Origin: Chrysomallon squamiferum
Lineage: Eukaryota > Animalia > Mollusca
Assembly: GCA_012295275.1 (NCBI GenBank)
Contig: CM022675.1
Coordinates: 12,276,001 to 12,340,000, forward strand
DNA length: 64,000 nt
Direction of reading: 5' to 3'
The notes beneath the pieces were generated by a model. It did not search any database, was not told where the DNA came from, and saw only the letters and a list, made by a program, of their open reading frames with translations. Positions 1-64,000 of this stretch are shown here, in pieces; position 1 is the first letter of the stretch; each line of letters begins with the position of its first letter. The position numbers were made by a program, and so were the translations under genes.

Positions 1-437
1 GGGAAATGTATTTTGTTCACCATATCTACTCGGTCCAGCATTCTAGCCGCGAAGTACTGTTGTATTCTTAAAGGGGCTGATAACAAAACGACAAGGAATA
101 AGAATGAATGATAGGTAATACAAAAATAAAAAATAAAAACAACATAGATACAATATCAGCGATTACGTTGTTTTTTTATCAGTTTTTTTGTTGTTGTGAT
201 GTAGATACACAAAACAAAGACAGACACGTCTCAAGGCTACTCTGATTTAATTCTGCAATTTAAAATTAATAAAATATCAGGTGGGAAGCTGTAAAAATGT
301 CTCCAGCACCATATGGTGAAATATTAAATATCTGCATATTAAAAATTGTTTGAGAAAAAAAAAAAAAAAATTTACACTTAATTATTTAATATAGAAGAAA
401 TAAAATAAGCCAAACATTTGGATATACTCTTTTATTT

Positions 438-474
<37 letters not shown>

Positions 475-740
475 TTATTATTTTTGATGTTCTTTGTTTA
501 CAAAGAGAAACACTCATATCAAGGAAAAGCTTAACAAGTTTAAATACATCATAGTTATTATAGTCAGCATCACCAACGTCAATAACAATAATAATAATAA
601 TAATTTATAATCATCATCATCATCATTATTATATTATTATTATTATAAGAAAGAGAAAAACAATAATAAGTAAAAGCCAAGAACAAACATGGTTATAAAT
701 AGTATATATCTTCATATAATCTATTTAAAAGCAATCATAA

Positions 741-794
<54 letters not shown>

Positions 795-899
795 TAATAA
801 TAATAATAATAACAATAAAAGTTTAATAATAATAATAATAATTTGTAGAGGGAGTGTAAAGTAATAGAAATATGGCTCTAGGTCGACAAACAACTCATA

Positions 900-3432
900 T
901 AGGACACAGTAGGTACAGTGGGTACTCTAGGGTAGGGTACACTGGTACTCTAGAGTAGGAGACAGTGGGTACTCTAGAGTAGGGTACAGTGGGTACTCTA
1001 GAGTAGGGTACAGTGGGTACACTAGAGTAGGCACAGTGGGTACTCTAGAGTAGGATACAGTGCCCTACTCTAGAGTAGGACACAGTGGGTACTCTAGGGT
1101 AGGGTACAGTGGGTACTCTAGAGTAGGGCACAGTGGGTACTCTAGAGTAGGATACAGTGCCCTACTCTAGAGTAGGACACAGTGGGTACTCTAGAGTAGG
1201 ACACAGTGGGTACACAGTAGGGGGACACTGGGTACTCTAGACACAGTGGGTAGGCTCAGTGGGAACTCTAGAGAGGACACAGTGGGATACAGTGCCCTAC
1301 TCTAGAGTAGGACACAGTGGGTACTCTAGAGTTGGCACAGTGGGAACTCTAGAGTAGGACACAGTGGGTACTCTAGAGTAGGATACAGTGCCCTACTCTA
1401 GAGTAGGCACAGTGGGTACTCTAGAGTAGGCACAGTGGGTACTCTAGAGTATGACACAGTGGGCACTCTAGAGTAGGAGACAGTGGGTACTCTAGAGTAG
1501 GACACATAGTGGGTACTCTAGAGTAGGATACAGTGCCCTACTCTAGAGTAGGTACAGTGGGTACTCTAGAGTAGGCACAGTGGGTACTCTAGGGTAGGGT
1601 ACACTGGGTACTCTAGAGTAGGAGACAGTGGGTACTCTAGAGTAGGTACAGTGGGTACTCTAGAGTAGGGTACAGTGGGTACTCTAGAGTTGGCACAGTG
1701 GGTACAGTGGGAGACACTCTCTAGAGTAGGACACAGTGGTTACTCTAGAGTAGGACAGTGGACACAGGTACTCTAGAGTTGGACACAGTGGGTACTCTAG
1801 AGTAGGATACAGTGGGTACTCTAGAGTAGGACACAGTGGGTACTCTAGAGTAGGACACAGTGGGTACTCTAGAGTAGGGTACACTGGGTACTCTAGAGTA
1901 GGACACAGTGGGTACTCTAGAGTAGGACACAGTGGGTACTCTAGAGTAGGACACAGTGGGTACTCTAGAGTAGGGCACAGTGGGTACTCTAGAGTTGGCA
2001 CAGTGGTTACTCTAGAGTAGGACACAGTGGTTACTCTAGAGTAGGGACACAGTGGTTACTCTAGAGTAGGGACACAGTGGTTACTCTAGAGTAGGACACA
2101 GTGGGTACTCTAGAGTAGGACACAGTGGGTACTCTAGAGTAGAGTACAGTGGGTACTCTAGGGTAGGGTACACTGGATACTCTAGAGTAGGCACAGTGGG
2201 TACTCTAGAGTAGGACACAATGGGTACTTTAGAGTAGGGCAATGTGTGTAATCTAGAGTAGGACACATTGGTTACTCTAGAGTAGGATAGAGTAGGTACT
2301 CTAGAGTAGGACACAGTGGGTACTCTAGAGTAGGATATAGTGGGTACTCTAGAGTAGGATACAGTGGGTACTCTAGAGTAGGACACACTGGGTACTCTAG
2401 AGTAGGACACAGTGGGTACTCTAGAGTAGGACACAGTGGGTACTCTAGAGTAGGGCACAGTGGGTACTCTAGAGTTGGCACAGTGGTTACTCTAGAGTAG
2501 GACACAGTGGTTACTCTAGAGTAGGACACAGTGGTTACTCTAGAGTAGGGAACAGTGGTTACTCTAGAGTAGGACACAGTGGGTACTCTAGAGTAGGACA
2601 CAGTGGGTACTCTAGAGTAGAGTACAGTGGGTACTCTAGGGTAGGGTACACTGGATACTCTAGAGTAGGCACAGTGGGTACTCTAGAGTAGGATACAGTG
2701 CCCTACTCTAGAGTAGGTACAGTGGGTACTCTAGGGTAGGGTACACTGGTACTCTAGAGTAGGGTACAGTGAGTACACTAGAGTAGGCACAGTGGGTACT
2801 CTAGAGTAGGAGACAGTGGGTACTCTAGAGTAGGACACATAGTGGGTACTCTAGAGTAGGTAAAGTGGGTACTCTAGAGTAGGACACAGTGGGTACTCTA
2901 GAGTAGGACACAATGGGTACTTTAGAGTAGAGCAATGTGTGTAATCTAGAGTAGGACACATTGGTTACTCTAGAGTAGGATAGAGTAGGTACTCTAGAGT
3001 AGGACACAGTGGGTACTCTAGAGTAGGATACAGTGGGTACTCTAGAGTAGGACACATTGGGTACTCTAGAGTAGGATACAGTGGGTACTCTAGAGTAGGC
3101 ACAGTGGGTACTATAGAGTAGGGTACACTGGGTACTCTAGAGTAGGAGACAGTGGGTACTCTAGAGTAGGACACAGTGGGTACTCTAGAGTAGGGTACAC
3201 TGTGTACTCTAGAGTAGGAGACAGTGGGTACTCTAGAGTAGGAGACAGTGGGTACTCTAGAGTAGGGTACACTGGGTACTCTAGAGTAGGACACAGTGGG
3301 TACTCTAGAGTAGGGTACACTGGGTACTCTAGAGTAGGACACAGTGGGTACTCTAGAGTAGGGTACACTGGGTACTCTAGAGTAGGGTACACTGGGTACT
3401 CTAGAGTTAGAGACAGTGGGTACTCTAGAGTA
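900..3432. repeat. 24-bp minisatellite (about 105 units), consensus GTGGGTACTCTAGAGTAGGACACA
   Basis: Directly visible tandem array. Nearly every unit carries the 12-bp palindrome TACTCTAGAGTA. It explains the YSRVPTVS/PTLEYPLC ORFs. Confidence 0.97.
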
Positions 3433-4449
3433 ATTTCAAATTTGAATGGGATATTTCTTTTTCATTTTTTACAAATTGTGTTGCGGAATTCATTATCTTC
3501 TCGTCTTCTTTAAATTTTGTTGCGCAGTGCAAGACATTGATAACATTTACCAAGAGCAGTGTGGAACTGGTTGCTTCCATTTCGTTTTTATATGTATTGT
3601 GTTGCAGAATCCAAGACTGTTGATAAACTTTTTTTTAACCCTTTTGAGCTGGGTATAATATTTTCTACGACACTGACAATTTAGGAAATATTATTCCTAT
3701 TTATTATTGCTACATTTTCTTTTAATAATATATTTGTCAGATAAGAATATCATGGACTTAAGTTGTTGGTACAGCTATAACAAACTTACAAAACGTATTT
3801 TTCATGCAGTGAAGTTTAGCTATTAATAACGTAACTGTTTTAATCTATTCCCAGTGACCACACGTTTTTAATAAATGTAAAAGAAAGGCAAAAAACCTAA
3901 TCAAAACCCCGAAAACATGTGACCCCAAACTACGATATTGATTTCACAAAATCCCTTTGACAAATAATCAAATCTAATTTGGAAATTTTAATAGAAATAC
4001 ATAATCAATTTTACGTGGAGAACAGGGGTATAAAATCACAAACAGCTACGCATTATCCAATATAGGAATGTGTTGAGTTACGTTCAGCTCGGTCTCTAAG
4101 CTCGTATTTAAAATTTATACATGCCTTTATTATATCTTCAGTTCGATCCAGTTGTTATATTGACATGTTTTAATTTAGCATTCTTCTGTAACGTGATAAC
4201 TGTTGAAAAACTCAGAAGCTATGAATCATCAGAGTATTCTGTTCAAAATGTATTTGAGAATATTGCTTATATAAGCATATTTATTTCATAACGATAAAAC
4301 AGTTGCTGCAGTTTTTTCTTGCTCCGTTCAAGGGCGCAAATGTTAGACATCATGAGGTAGCCACAGAATTGAGATTTGTTACTTTTAGAAAATTATTATT
4401 TAAGAATCAGCCAAATGAACTACACTCGCTACTTCTTTTAAGTAATTTC

Positions 4450-4566
4450 CTGATTTCGGAAAATCCAGGCTGAAATCTTGGAAATATAAAAATATTCCCG
4501 AATGTCCCCAACATTCGGGAATATTTTTATATTTCCCAGATTTCAGCCTGGATTTTCCGAAATCAG
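4450..4566. repeat. Near-perfect inverted repeat, 56-bp arms and 5-nt loop (MITE-like foldback)
   Basis: 4450-4505 is the reverse complement of 4511-4566 with one mismatch; loop CCCCA. No TSD seen. Confidence 0.9.
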
Positions 4567-5999
4567 ACTCGCAATAAAATATTTCGATTGCCTCAATTTA
4601 ATCACAGCAAACAGACTCACTCTGCTGTCCATCTGTGTAAATAAAAACTTTAAATTTGTTATGTAGCACACTTTAATCAAAAGTAAATTTAATTCCGTAC
4701 ATTACTGCACATTGTGAATTTAAAGAAATTTAGTTATGTATAATATTCTACACTGTTAATATTAATATTTTTGCTAATTCTAAAACCTTTCAGAAAATTC
4801 GAATTTTCAATTTTCCGGACAACTTTAACCCATTTTAGTTGGTTCAGAATGAAGTTCAGGTATTGTTTCCTCTGCTGTTTTCTACAAGAAGTAGACACAA
4901 GCTCTGATTTCGCTAGAACATTGTGTTCAAACTATGATGTTTTATCTTCAGGACAGACATTTTTGTACGCACCTTTGCTAGAAGCACTGAAAGTGATTCA
5001 AGATGCGGCTCCCTCCTTATATACTTATTTACTGAGTTTTTCTTTTGCAATGTTCAAGCACATCATTAGTGGGAAACATTAGTTATAAAAAAATAAATAA
5101 TTCAGTGAGTAAGTAACTAAATAAGTAAATAAACAGAATAATAAAAAAAAAATATATATATAGTAAGAAATATAGAATAAAATAAACTTGTACTTGAAAT
5201 CATTAACAACAGCAAGTTTCTTTTCTTAGAGATTTAAACTGTCTTTAATAGCTAAATGTTTTTCTGTCTTCGAAAAGATGTGAATCACGTCATTTAAAAA
5301 CGCTTATTTAAGCAGCTTTGCCTAAATCAATGAAACATTTCCAAGGATTGGTTTTCTTGTCGTAGTGTACAGCATGTGACAGTTGTCGAGTAACTGATAC
5401 TTCGGTATCTGAGTTCTGGGGGAGGGGGGCACAGCAAAACAAACAAGTTTTTAATATAAAAGAATTAGCCTGACAGTTAAACGTGTGCTGTTGCTCAATT
5501 ATCAGACCGAGAAGGCAACGATCGCTCATTTCACTTTAAAAACAAACAAGGTGTCGTTTTAATAAAAAAATAATAAAAATTAATTATAATAAGTAGAAAA
5601 TTAAAGATTTTAGTTACAGCTCATTTTGCCAGGATTTCAACGCCTTTTAAAAGAACAGATTTAAAACACGATGAGAGAATTTCGAGTAGTTGATGAGTTT
5701 TCTTGATGTTGTGTTTTTTACGTATGCAGCAGGATTTCCCACCCCTTGTTGTTCAGTTTATTTAGATCTCACTCTACTCGCGTTACTAAGAACATTGCAC
5801 ACATAACAAATCCATACACAGAATGATCATACGATAAACATGGCTTAATTTCTAGATTTAAAGGTTTCATTAACCATTTAAAACAAATATATTGAAAACT
5901 GTGAACAATATAAAATATTAAGGAATAATATGTACAACATGAAAACTATGTACGTTAATATTATCACTATTGTTGTTGTTTTTGTTAATATATTTTAAA

Positions 6000-6335
6000 A
6001 ACTTTTTCTGTAACGTACCTTGTCAAACCATTTTTTCTATTTACTTGTAACGTACGTTGTTACACACGTTTGTTTATTGTTTATGTTGCGTACGCTGCAC
6101 ACACGTTTTTCTGTTTTCTTGTTACGTGTTCTCACACACTGGTTTTTATTTTCTTGTAACGTACGTTATCACACACGTTTTTCTGTTTTCTTGTTACGTG
6201 TTCTCACACACTGTTTTTTATTTTCTTGTAACGTACGTTATCACACACGTTTTTCTGTTTTCTTGTTACGTGTTCTCACACACTGGTTTTTATTTTCTTG
6301 TAACGTACGTTATCACACACGTTTTTCTATTTTCG
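6000..6335. repeat. 72-bp tandem repeat (two related halves of about 36 bp), about 4 copies
   Basis: TTTCTTGTAACGTACGTTATCACACACG recurs near 6150, 6222 and 6294, with degenerate copies upstream. Confidence 0.9.
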
Positions 6336-6921
6336 TGTTAATAAAATAAATAAAATAGAATGAATGAATGAATGAACGAATAAATTAATTAATAAATAAA
6401 CGTAACAAAATAGATATACATAATGCTTAAAAATTAATTCTAATATTCAATTCAGAATATAGATATTTATTAATGTAGTTCACACTTATATAAATTAAAT
6501 ATTTTAATAATAGATTTCAAAAACAGAAACAGTAATTATTTCGTATACATACTATATAATAATAATTATTCATACAGTATCTAAGCGACCCAGTGCAATA
6601 CAATACATAACAAATATAATGTAATGTATTTACTTATAATATAATATAATATAATATAATGTAATGTATTATGATAGTATGATATAATATACTTTTCTGT
6701 AAAATGAGGACGTTAATTTAAATTAAAAAAAAAAAAAAAAAAAAATTGGAATATCGATTCAAGTAATGCAATCAAGACATTTAAGAATCGCAAGGTGTGT
6801 GTGTGTTGTTGTTTTTTTAGTTTAGTATTTGATACTAAATTTTATTTTACCAGAAACTCTCGAGTTTTCAATTATTATTTTCACTACGAGATTTCTAAAA
6901 CCATTTTAGTTGTAGAACAGT

Positions 6922-7014
<93 letters not shown>

Positions 7015-7639
7015 TTTAAGTTTTCATTATTAACATATTCGATTGTATTGTAGTTGAATATATTTCGAGGTGGATATTAGATTTCATTATGCAACGAGCT
7101 TTCGATATAAAAATAATAATAATACAAATTACTAATTTCACTTGTAAAAAATAGCATATTTCTATCTGTAGGTTCTTTTTAAATTAACGCACATTTGCCA
7201 ATTTTTTATTATTATTTTTTTTTTTTAGTTCAGTATATTTCTTTCTTGAACATTAAAATTCCTTATGCAGCGATCTTTGAATTTTCGATTTTTTATTATT
7301 AGTATCACAGCCTTTGGAACTCATAAATTTTATTAATGCACATTTGGTAAATTTTTTAACATTTTTTTTAGCTGAATAAATTTCTGTACGGCGAATTTTA
7401 GATTTTTATTATCATTATCACAACCTTTGGAACTCATAAATTTTATTAATGCACATTTGGTAAAAATTTTTTTATTTTTTATTTAGCTGAGTAAATTTAT
7501 TTCTGTGTTGAAAATACGTGTAAGCCTTTGATTTTTCAATTATTATTATCATGACCCTTGAAATTCGCGCACATTAAATGTATATTCGATCATAATACAA
7601 TGCTCAAAGGGAATTTCGTCGTTCTGATCTTTATATTTG

Positions 7640-7960
7640 AATGCTTTGACCACGTGTTACGTTTCTTAATCGACTTGTGTACTTGGTAAACATTATAGCA
7701 ATTGACTGACACGTGCACATGCGCCATACGCTCGTCAATACGGCGGAGAATAATTCAAAGACTGCAAAGCCCGTTACTCTCCTAGTGCGCGCAGAAACAA
7801 GCGAAGTCAGATTGCTTCAATCAATGACCACCGAATATCAATATGGCGGATCAGATTAAAAGGTCAAAAAGGCCTGCTTTATTGCAAGGTCAAAGCAATT
7901 TGGGATGTTGTTGGATAAAACCCCGATTCAGACATCGCCATCTATAAAACAACTTTTACT
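7640..7960 (+). promoter_or_regulatory. Possible promoter of the large + strand gene
   Basis: Locally GC/CpG-richer island with CACGTG at 7651 and 7710, AGGTCA at 7861 and 7887, and TATAAAA at 7943-7949. The ATG exon has an acceptor at 9048-9049, so a non-coding upstream exon is implied. Motif-only inference. Confidence 0.3.
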
Positions 7961-9069
7961 TTGCAATTAAATCTGAGAAAAGATCATACGGGATAATGTT
8001 TATTAAAATGAATAAAATTGTTAACCCGGTTTTAATTTATTGCTTTAAAAATAAACATCTGTGGAAATAGTTATTGAACAGAAGAAACAACAACAATTAA
8101 TTAAAAAAAACAATAATAATATGACAAAATGAAATTTTAGCCTATATAGAAAAAATTAAAAATCCCAAGAAATTGTAACGTATATAACAAAAATAACATA
8201 ACAAGAAGGAAAAAATGTATGAAAATATCACGTGTATATAAAAAATAACAAAAAGGAAAACATTATAACAAAAATATTATAACAGAAAAGAAAACTTGTA
8301 TGGAAATATCACGTGACTAACATATATAACAAAATGAAAACATAAAATTAAACTATAACTCATATAACAAAAGCAAAAAAAAAAAAAAGAAATGAAAATC
8401 GTATGAAGTTTGTAACGTATATAACAAAGCTAATTAAATATAAGAAATTGATTAAACTTTAACAAAAATAATTAAGTGAAAACACCGTACGAAATTATAA
8501 AATATACAACAAAAATAACAAAATGAAAAACCGTAATATATTTAACAAATTATAACAAACATAAAAACATGACACAAAAGTGATATCGTAGAGTAATACG
8601 TGAAGAGAATCCTGACCTCTGTCAATAATTCTGAACTATTAACACTGTCACAACGTCTTTGCACTAAACGACTCGAGTGATGGTGTTCAAAATTCAGAGA
8701 AGTCGGCCTGCAGCAGAAGCAGGTCAACATTCGTAAAACTTGCCTCCGCCTCAGATTACTGTCTAAAAAACTTACTAAAGCAATTTGTTATGTATTTATT
8801 TATTTATTTATTTATTTATTATAATATAATCGTTTGTTTGTTATTTATTCATCTGTTTGTTTATTTATAATTAGACATTGCTGCTGTAACTATTGCTATT
8901 GTTGTAATTATTAATACCATCATCATAATCATCTTTATTATAATAATTATTGTTATTGTTGCTATTATTAATTCATTTATTTATGATTTATGATTTATTT
9001 CCATTTTATTCTTTCTTTCTTTCTTTCTTTCTTTCTTTATTTATTACAGGAAGGGAAATAGCTGATAAT

Positions 9070-53913
<44,844 letters not shown>

Positions 53914-54086
53914 TCACGTGACTTTGGGTGCAGCTGATTACGACTAATCACGTGACACGGAAATAGGCAGATTAGTGTAGAAATGTGATATTACTGAGTT
54001 CTTTATACACCTGTTATATTTTATTTCTGTAGAAAGTTTAAATATTAAATCTTCGTGCATGAAAATTGTTTGTTACCTTTCCTACA

Positions 54087-54092
54087 AATAAA
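54087..54092 (+). terminator. Candidate polyadenylation signal
   Basis: First AATAAA I see after the stop, about 175 nt downstream; weak evidence in AT-rich DNA. Confidence 0.4.
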
Positions 54093-54248
54093 AATTAATT
54101 GTATTTTTATATACCAGACATTCAAGTTGTACAGTCTGAACTAAATATAGTTTTATTATTATTTTTTTATAACTCACAATTTAAACCTGAAGCTTTAAAG
54201 TTTAAGAAATATATTCAGCTATACTGCATATTGTTAATTCTGTTTTAC

Positions 54249-54307
<59 letters not shown>

Positions 54308-54467
54308 TGCAAAAATGTATACACTGCACTGATAGAATGTTTTTTTGATCTTTTCTTTTCTAAATTATGTAATAAGGTTTTTAATTCTATTTTTTTTAAT
54401 CTGAAATAAAAAAATATATCATACATACAAACATACAAACATACATACATGCATACATATATATATA

Positions 54468-54518
<51 letters not shown>

Positions 54519-56450
54519 GCACATGTACGTACATTAAAACAGCAGTTAAGAAACTGCAAACAGCATTATCTAAAGATACAAAACTTAAAAACACAAATTT
54601 GTTACTCAGACTTAGAGTTCCATACCTCACGAGCTTTCTACAATTTTCAGTTCATTTTTTCACCTTACATATTTTTATTATTATTTGTCACGAATTAACC
54701 AGCAGTATTATTTTATTACTAGAAATATGTTTTGTCGGAGTGTGCACTTTAACCGATAATTCTTTTAATGTTAATTTAAAAGTGAACGATAAATGATTTT
54801 GTCATAGGTAAATATGTAGATACAGTTAAAAGGAAATAAATGAAAAGACATAACAGATCTTTATTTGTTCATTAAACAGGTTAATATGTTGAGAAACAAA
54901 TGTGTAAGTAACAGATGAAAACAATAACATAACATATAATTTGACAAGTGATTGAATTAATTTTCGTAACACTGTCACAGTAATTTTAAACTCTGAATAA
55001 TCATGTTTATAAATATTCCTGTTCTTTATCTTGAACAGTTTAACAAAAAACAAAAACAAAAAAATGTTTGTTATAACAAAACATGTTATTTTTCATTGTA
55101 CCTTATTCACAGCTTGAATTTTACTGAATATGTTTTCGAAGGAAAAATTATAAATTTTCGAAACCCCAAAAGTGCTAGTTGCTACCCGAGGAAAAATTCG
55201 TCCATTAATAAAATTAAACTTAGAAATTAATGAAAAACTAATCAGGATTTCTTCCAATACAATGATTATTCTGAAAAGTTCTAAAAAGATGACAAAGTAG
55301 TTAATGATTTTTTTTTCTGACAAATTATATTTCTAGAAATCTCAGGTAAAATATATCTTTACTTTGCAGGAGGTCATTGTTATGTTTTTGTTATTCAGTT
55401 ACGTTGTGTTTTAACATGAATATACGTCAACAGACTGCGGTGCATAAAGTACATTGTACATTAACATTCATTTGCAATTTTAATATAAATCAGCAATAAT
55501 AATACAACGATACAAATTAACAACAGTTCGGATATACTATTATATAAATGAATAAGAGTTCGTCATATATAAAAAAAAAAAAGTATTGTTGATGCAGTAT
55601 CTTACTTCAGCGCATCCTACATTAATAGTATACTTATTTTTATTTATTTATTTATATTTGTCCTTGTCTGAATGTAAGATAAAGAAAAACCATCAAAACA
55701 AGCTTTTTCTTCTTCTTTTTTTTTTCAGTTTGGTGATGGGTAGAACAAATTCAGTAAATAATAACACGTGTTTAACTTTTATAAGCAAAGTCTGCACCCA
55801 ATAAAATTTGATTATTGTTACTTGTTTGTTGTCTTTTCGCTTTAAATGAAGTTGAGCTATAACCTAATAAAGATACCAACTAAGTAAAACCATTAGAATA
55901 TTTCTTGTTCTAGCCAGGGTCTCAGTTTTTTCTTTCCTGTCTATGGGATGGTACATATAAAATATCTATTGCTGCTAGCAGGAAAGGAATAGATCACCAT
56001 GTGACGTAAGTGGGTTTCTTTATCACACACACACGCAAGCACGCACATATATTTCACTGTATGTATAACGTAATCAAATAATAAAACATTATTTCTATGT
56101 GGCTAATTTGTTTTGGGAGGCCTGTGCTAATAATAACGTTTGAGAGTAATATAACAATGATTTGATAAAAACACGAAAATTGTTGTTTTTGTTTAGAATT
56201 TTTCTCTCCTTTCATTGTGCTGTTGTTGATGGTGGGTGGCGGTGTTATTGATGATGTTAACGTTATTATTAGTAGTAGTTGTGGTCGTGGTAATAGTACT
56301 TGTAGTAGTTGTGGTAGCAGTATTTAATCATCATCAACACAGTCATTATATTTATTGTTATTATCATCAACATCATTTCAATTATTGTTGGTGGTGGTGG
56401 TGGTGTTATTACGGATGATGTTGTTATTGTTATTAGTGTTATCATCATCA

Positions 56451-56512
<62 letters not shown>

Positions 56513-56779
56513 GCTTCTGTTGTTGTTGCTTTTTTCTTCTAGTTCTTGTTATAATTATTAACTTTGAGTAGATATTCTATTCTTAAATATGCATAAACAC
56601 GCGCGCACACACACACAAACGCAAACGCACACGCACAACTAAAAATAACAACAGAACTTAATACCAGTGAAATTTGTATTAGATACGGCTGATCAGAACT
56701 ACTACATCGTTCACATCAGATGACAACTACGACATCATTGATGTCAAAGACGCTGTTCCCAATGGCGTGGTCCAGATTC

Positions 56780-63129
<6,350 letters not shown>

Positions 63130-63735
63130 TTTGCTCTCGTCTACTGAAATGTTAATCCTAGTACGTACAGATTTTTGAACAGCAAAACAATAAACTATAC
63201 GAAACTAACAAGTATGATGTTTTTGTTTTCTATATAGTTGACTTTGTCTTTGTTGTTTTGTGTTCAAGGCAAAGTTGACAGACTGAATCGACAGTTGGCT
63301 GTATGAAACACGTGAACGTCTGATGTCTGTCGCTTTCTCCCCACGTCGACCTTGAAAGACTTTTCAGACGAAACGACGTGTTTCAGTGACAGTCTCAGGA
63401 CGCGTTCGATATCTTCCTTGCAGAATGACTGTGAACTTGTTTAACCTTGTATCATGGCCTAACTACATTGAGGCAAATGAGGCAAATGCCTCATACCGAA
63501 ATTGGCGATTTTTTTTTAAACAAAATTTTTATTTAAAAAATATAAAATATAAATCTCTATTCCGATAGAAACGATATCCACTGAATGAATTCGTTGATGT
63601 CTACGGTTACCGTCTGAAGTCTGCCGACATCGTTGTGATGAAATTCATAACTGAATTCAAGACATCAGACATCAAACAGGTTAAGACATCAGACTGAGTG
63701 TTTTTGCCTCATTTCAAAAAGAGTCTAGTACGGCC

Positions 63736-63783
<48 letters not shown>

Positions 63784-64000
63784 TATTATGTTGTTGTTGT
63801 TTTTTGTTGATGCTGTTTGGATTTTGGTTTTTTTTTTTTTTTTAATTATTTAGTATTTAAAAGACAAGGCTTTTGAGCTGGTGTTTTGACATCAGGTAGT
63901 TGAAATCACCAGCTTGTATATAAACAAATGCCCATTCGCTGAATACGTACCGAGGCAAACTAAAGAACTAATAAAGCTGTTTTTCCTTCTAATAGTTTTA

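Noticed and set aside
900-3432. CRISPR-like array of palindromic repeats
   Set aside because: The intervening 12 bp are near-identical rather than unique spacers, there are no cas genes, and the context is intron-rich eukaryotic DNA.
1684-3513. Repetitive ORFs (YSRVPTVS, PTLEYPLC)
   Set aside because: Translations of a 24-bp satellite, open in several frames on both strands with frequent indels.
4771-5529. ORFs 4771-5082 (+) and 5308-5529 (-)
   Set aside because: No recognisable motif, splice context or partner exons.

Overview
AT-rich, microsatellite-dense animal DNA; the repeat types and the EGF-ZP gene suggest a mollusc, possibly a cephalopod (inference). Most ORF-track entries are repeat noise. 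Manual splicing gives two convergent multi-exon genes. (1) A 55-exon + strand gene (ATG 9070 to TAA 53913) for a giant secreted protein: signal peptide, Thr/Ser-rich mucin-like exon (frameshifted as assembled), 5 EGF, seven tandem Caspr/Neurexin-IV-type fibrinogen-like modules, 3 Ca-EGF, VWD(GDPH)-C8-TIL, 4 EGF, Kazal/follistatin, TSP1, follistatin-Kazal and a C-terminal cystine knot. Without exon 2 the exons sum to 8025 nt (2674 aa plus stop), with all intron phases compatible. (2) A 10-exon - strand gene (63129 to about 56780, about 384 aa): signal-EGF-EGF-ZP-furin site, resembling molluscan EGF/ZP matrix proteins. The most striking non-coding pattern is that about a dozen exon-intron junctions have been tandemly duplicated into the intron, making arrays of decoy splice sites, a few of them frame-preserving. 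Also present: a palindrome-containing 24-bp satellite, a 56-bp-arm hairpin, a hAT transposase relic and signs of consensus artefacts in repeats. All calls are by eye; no searches were run.
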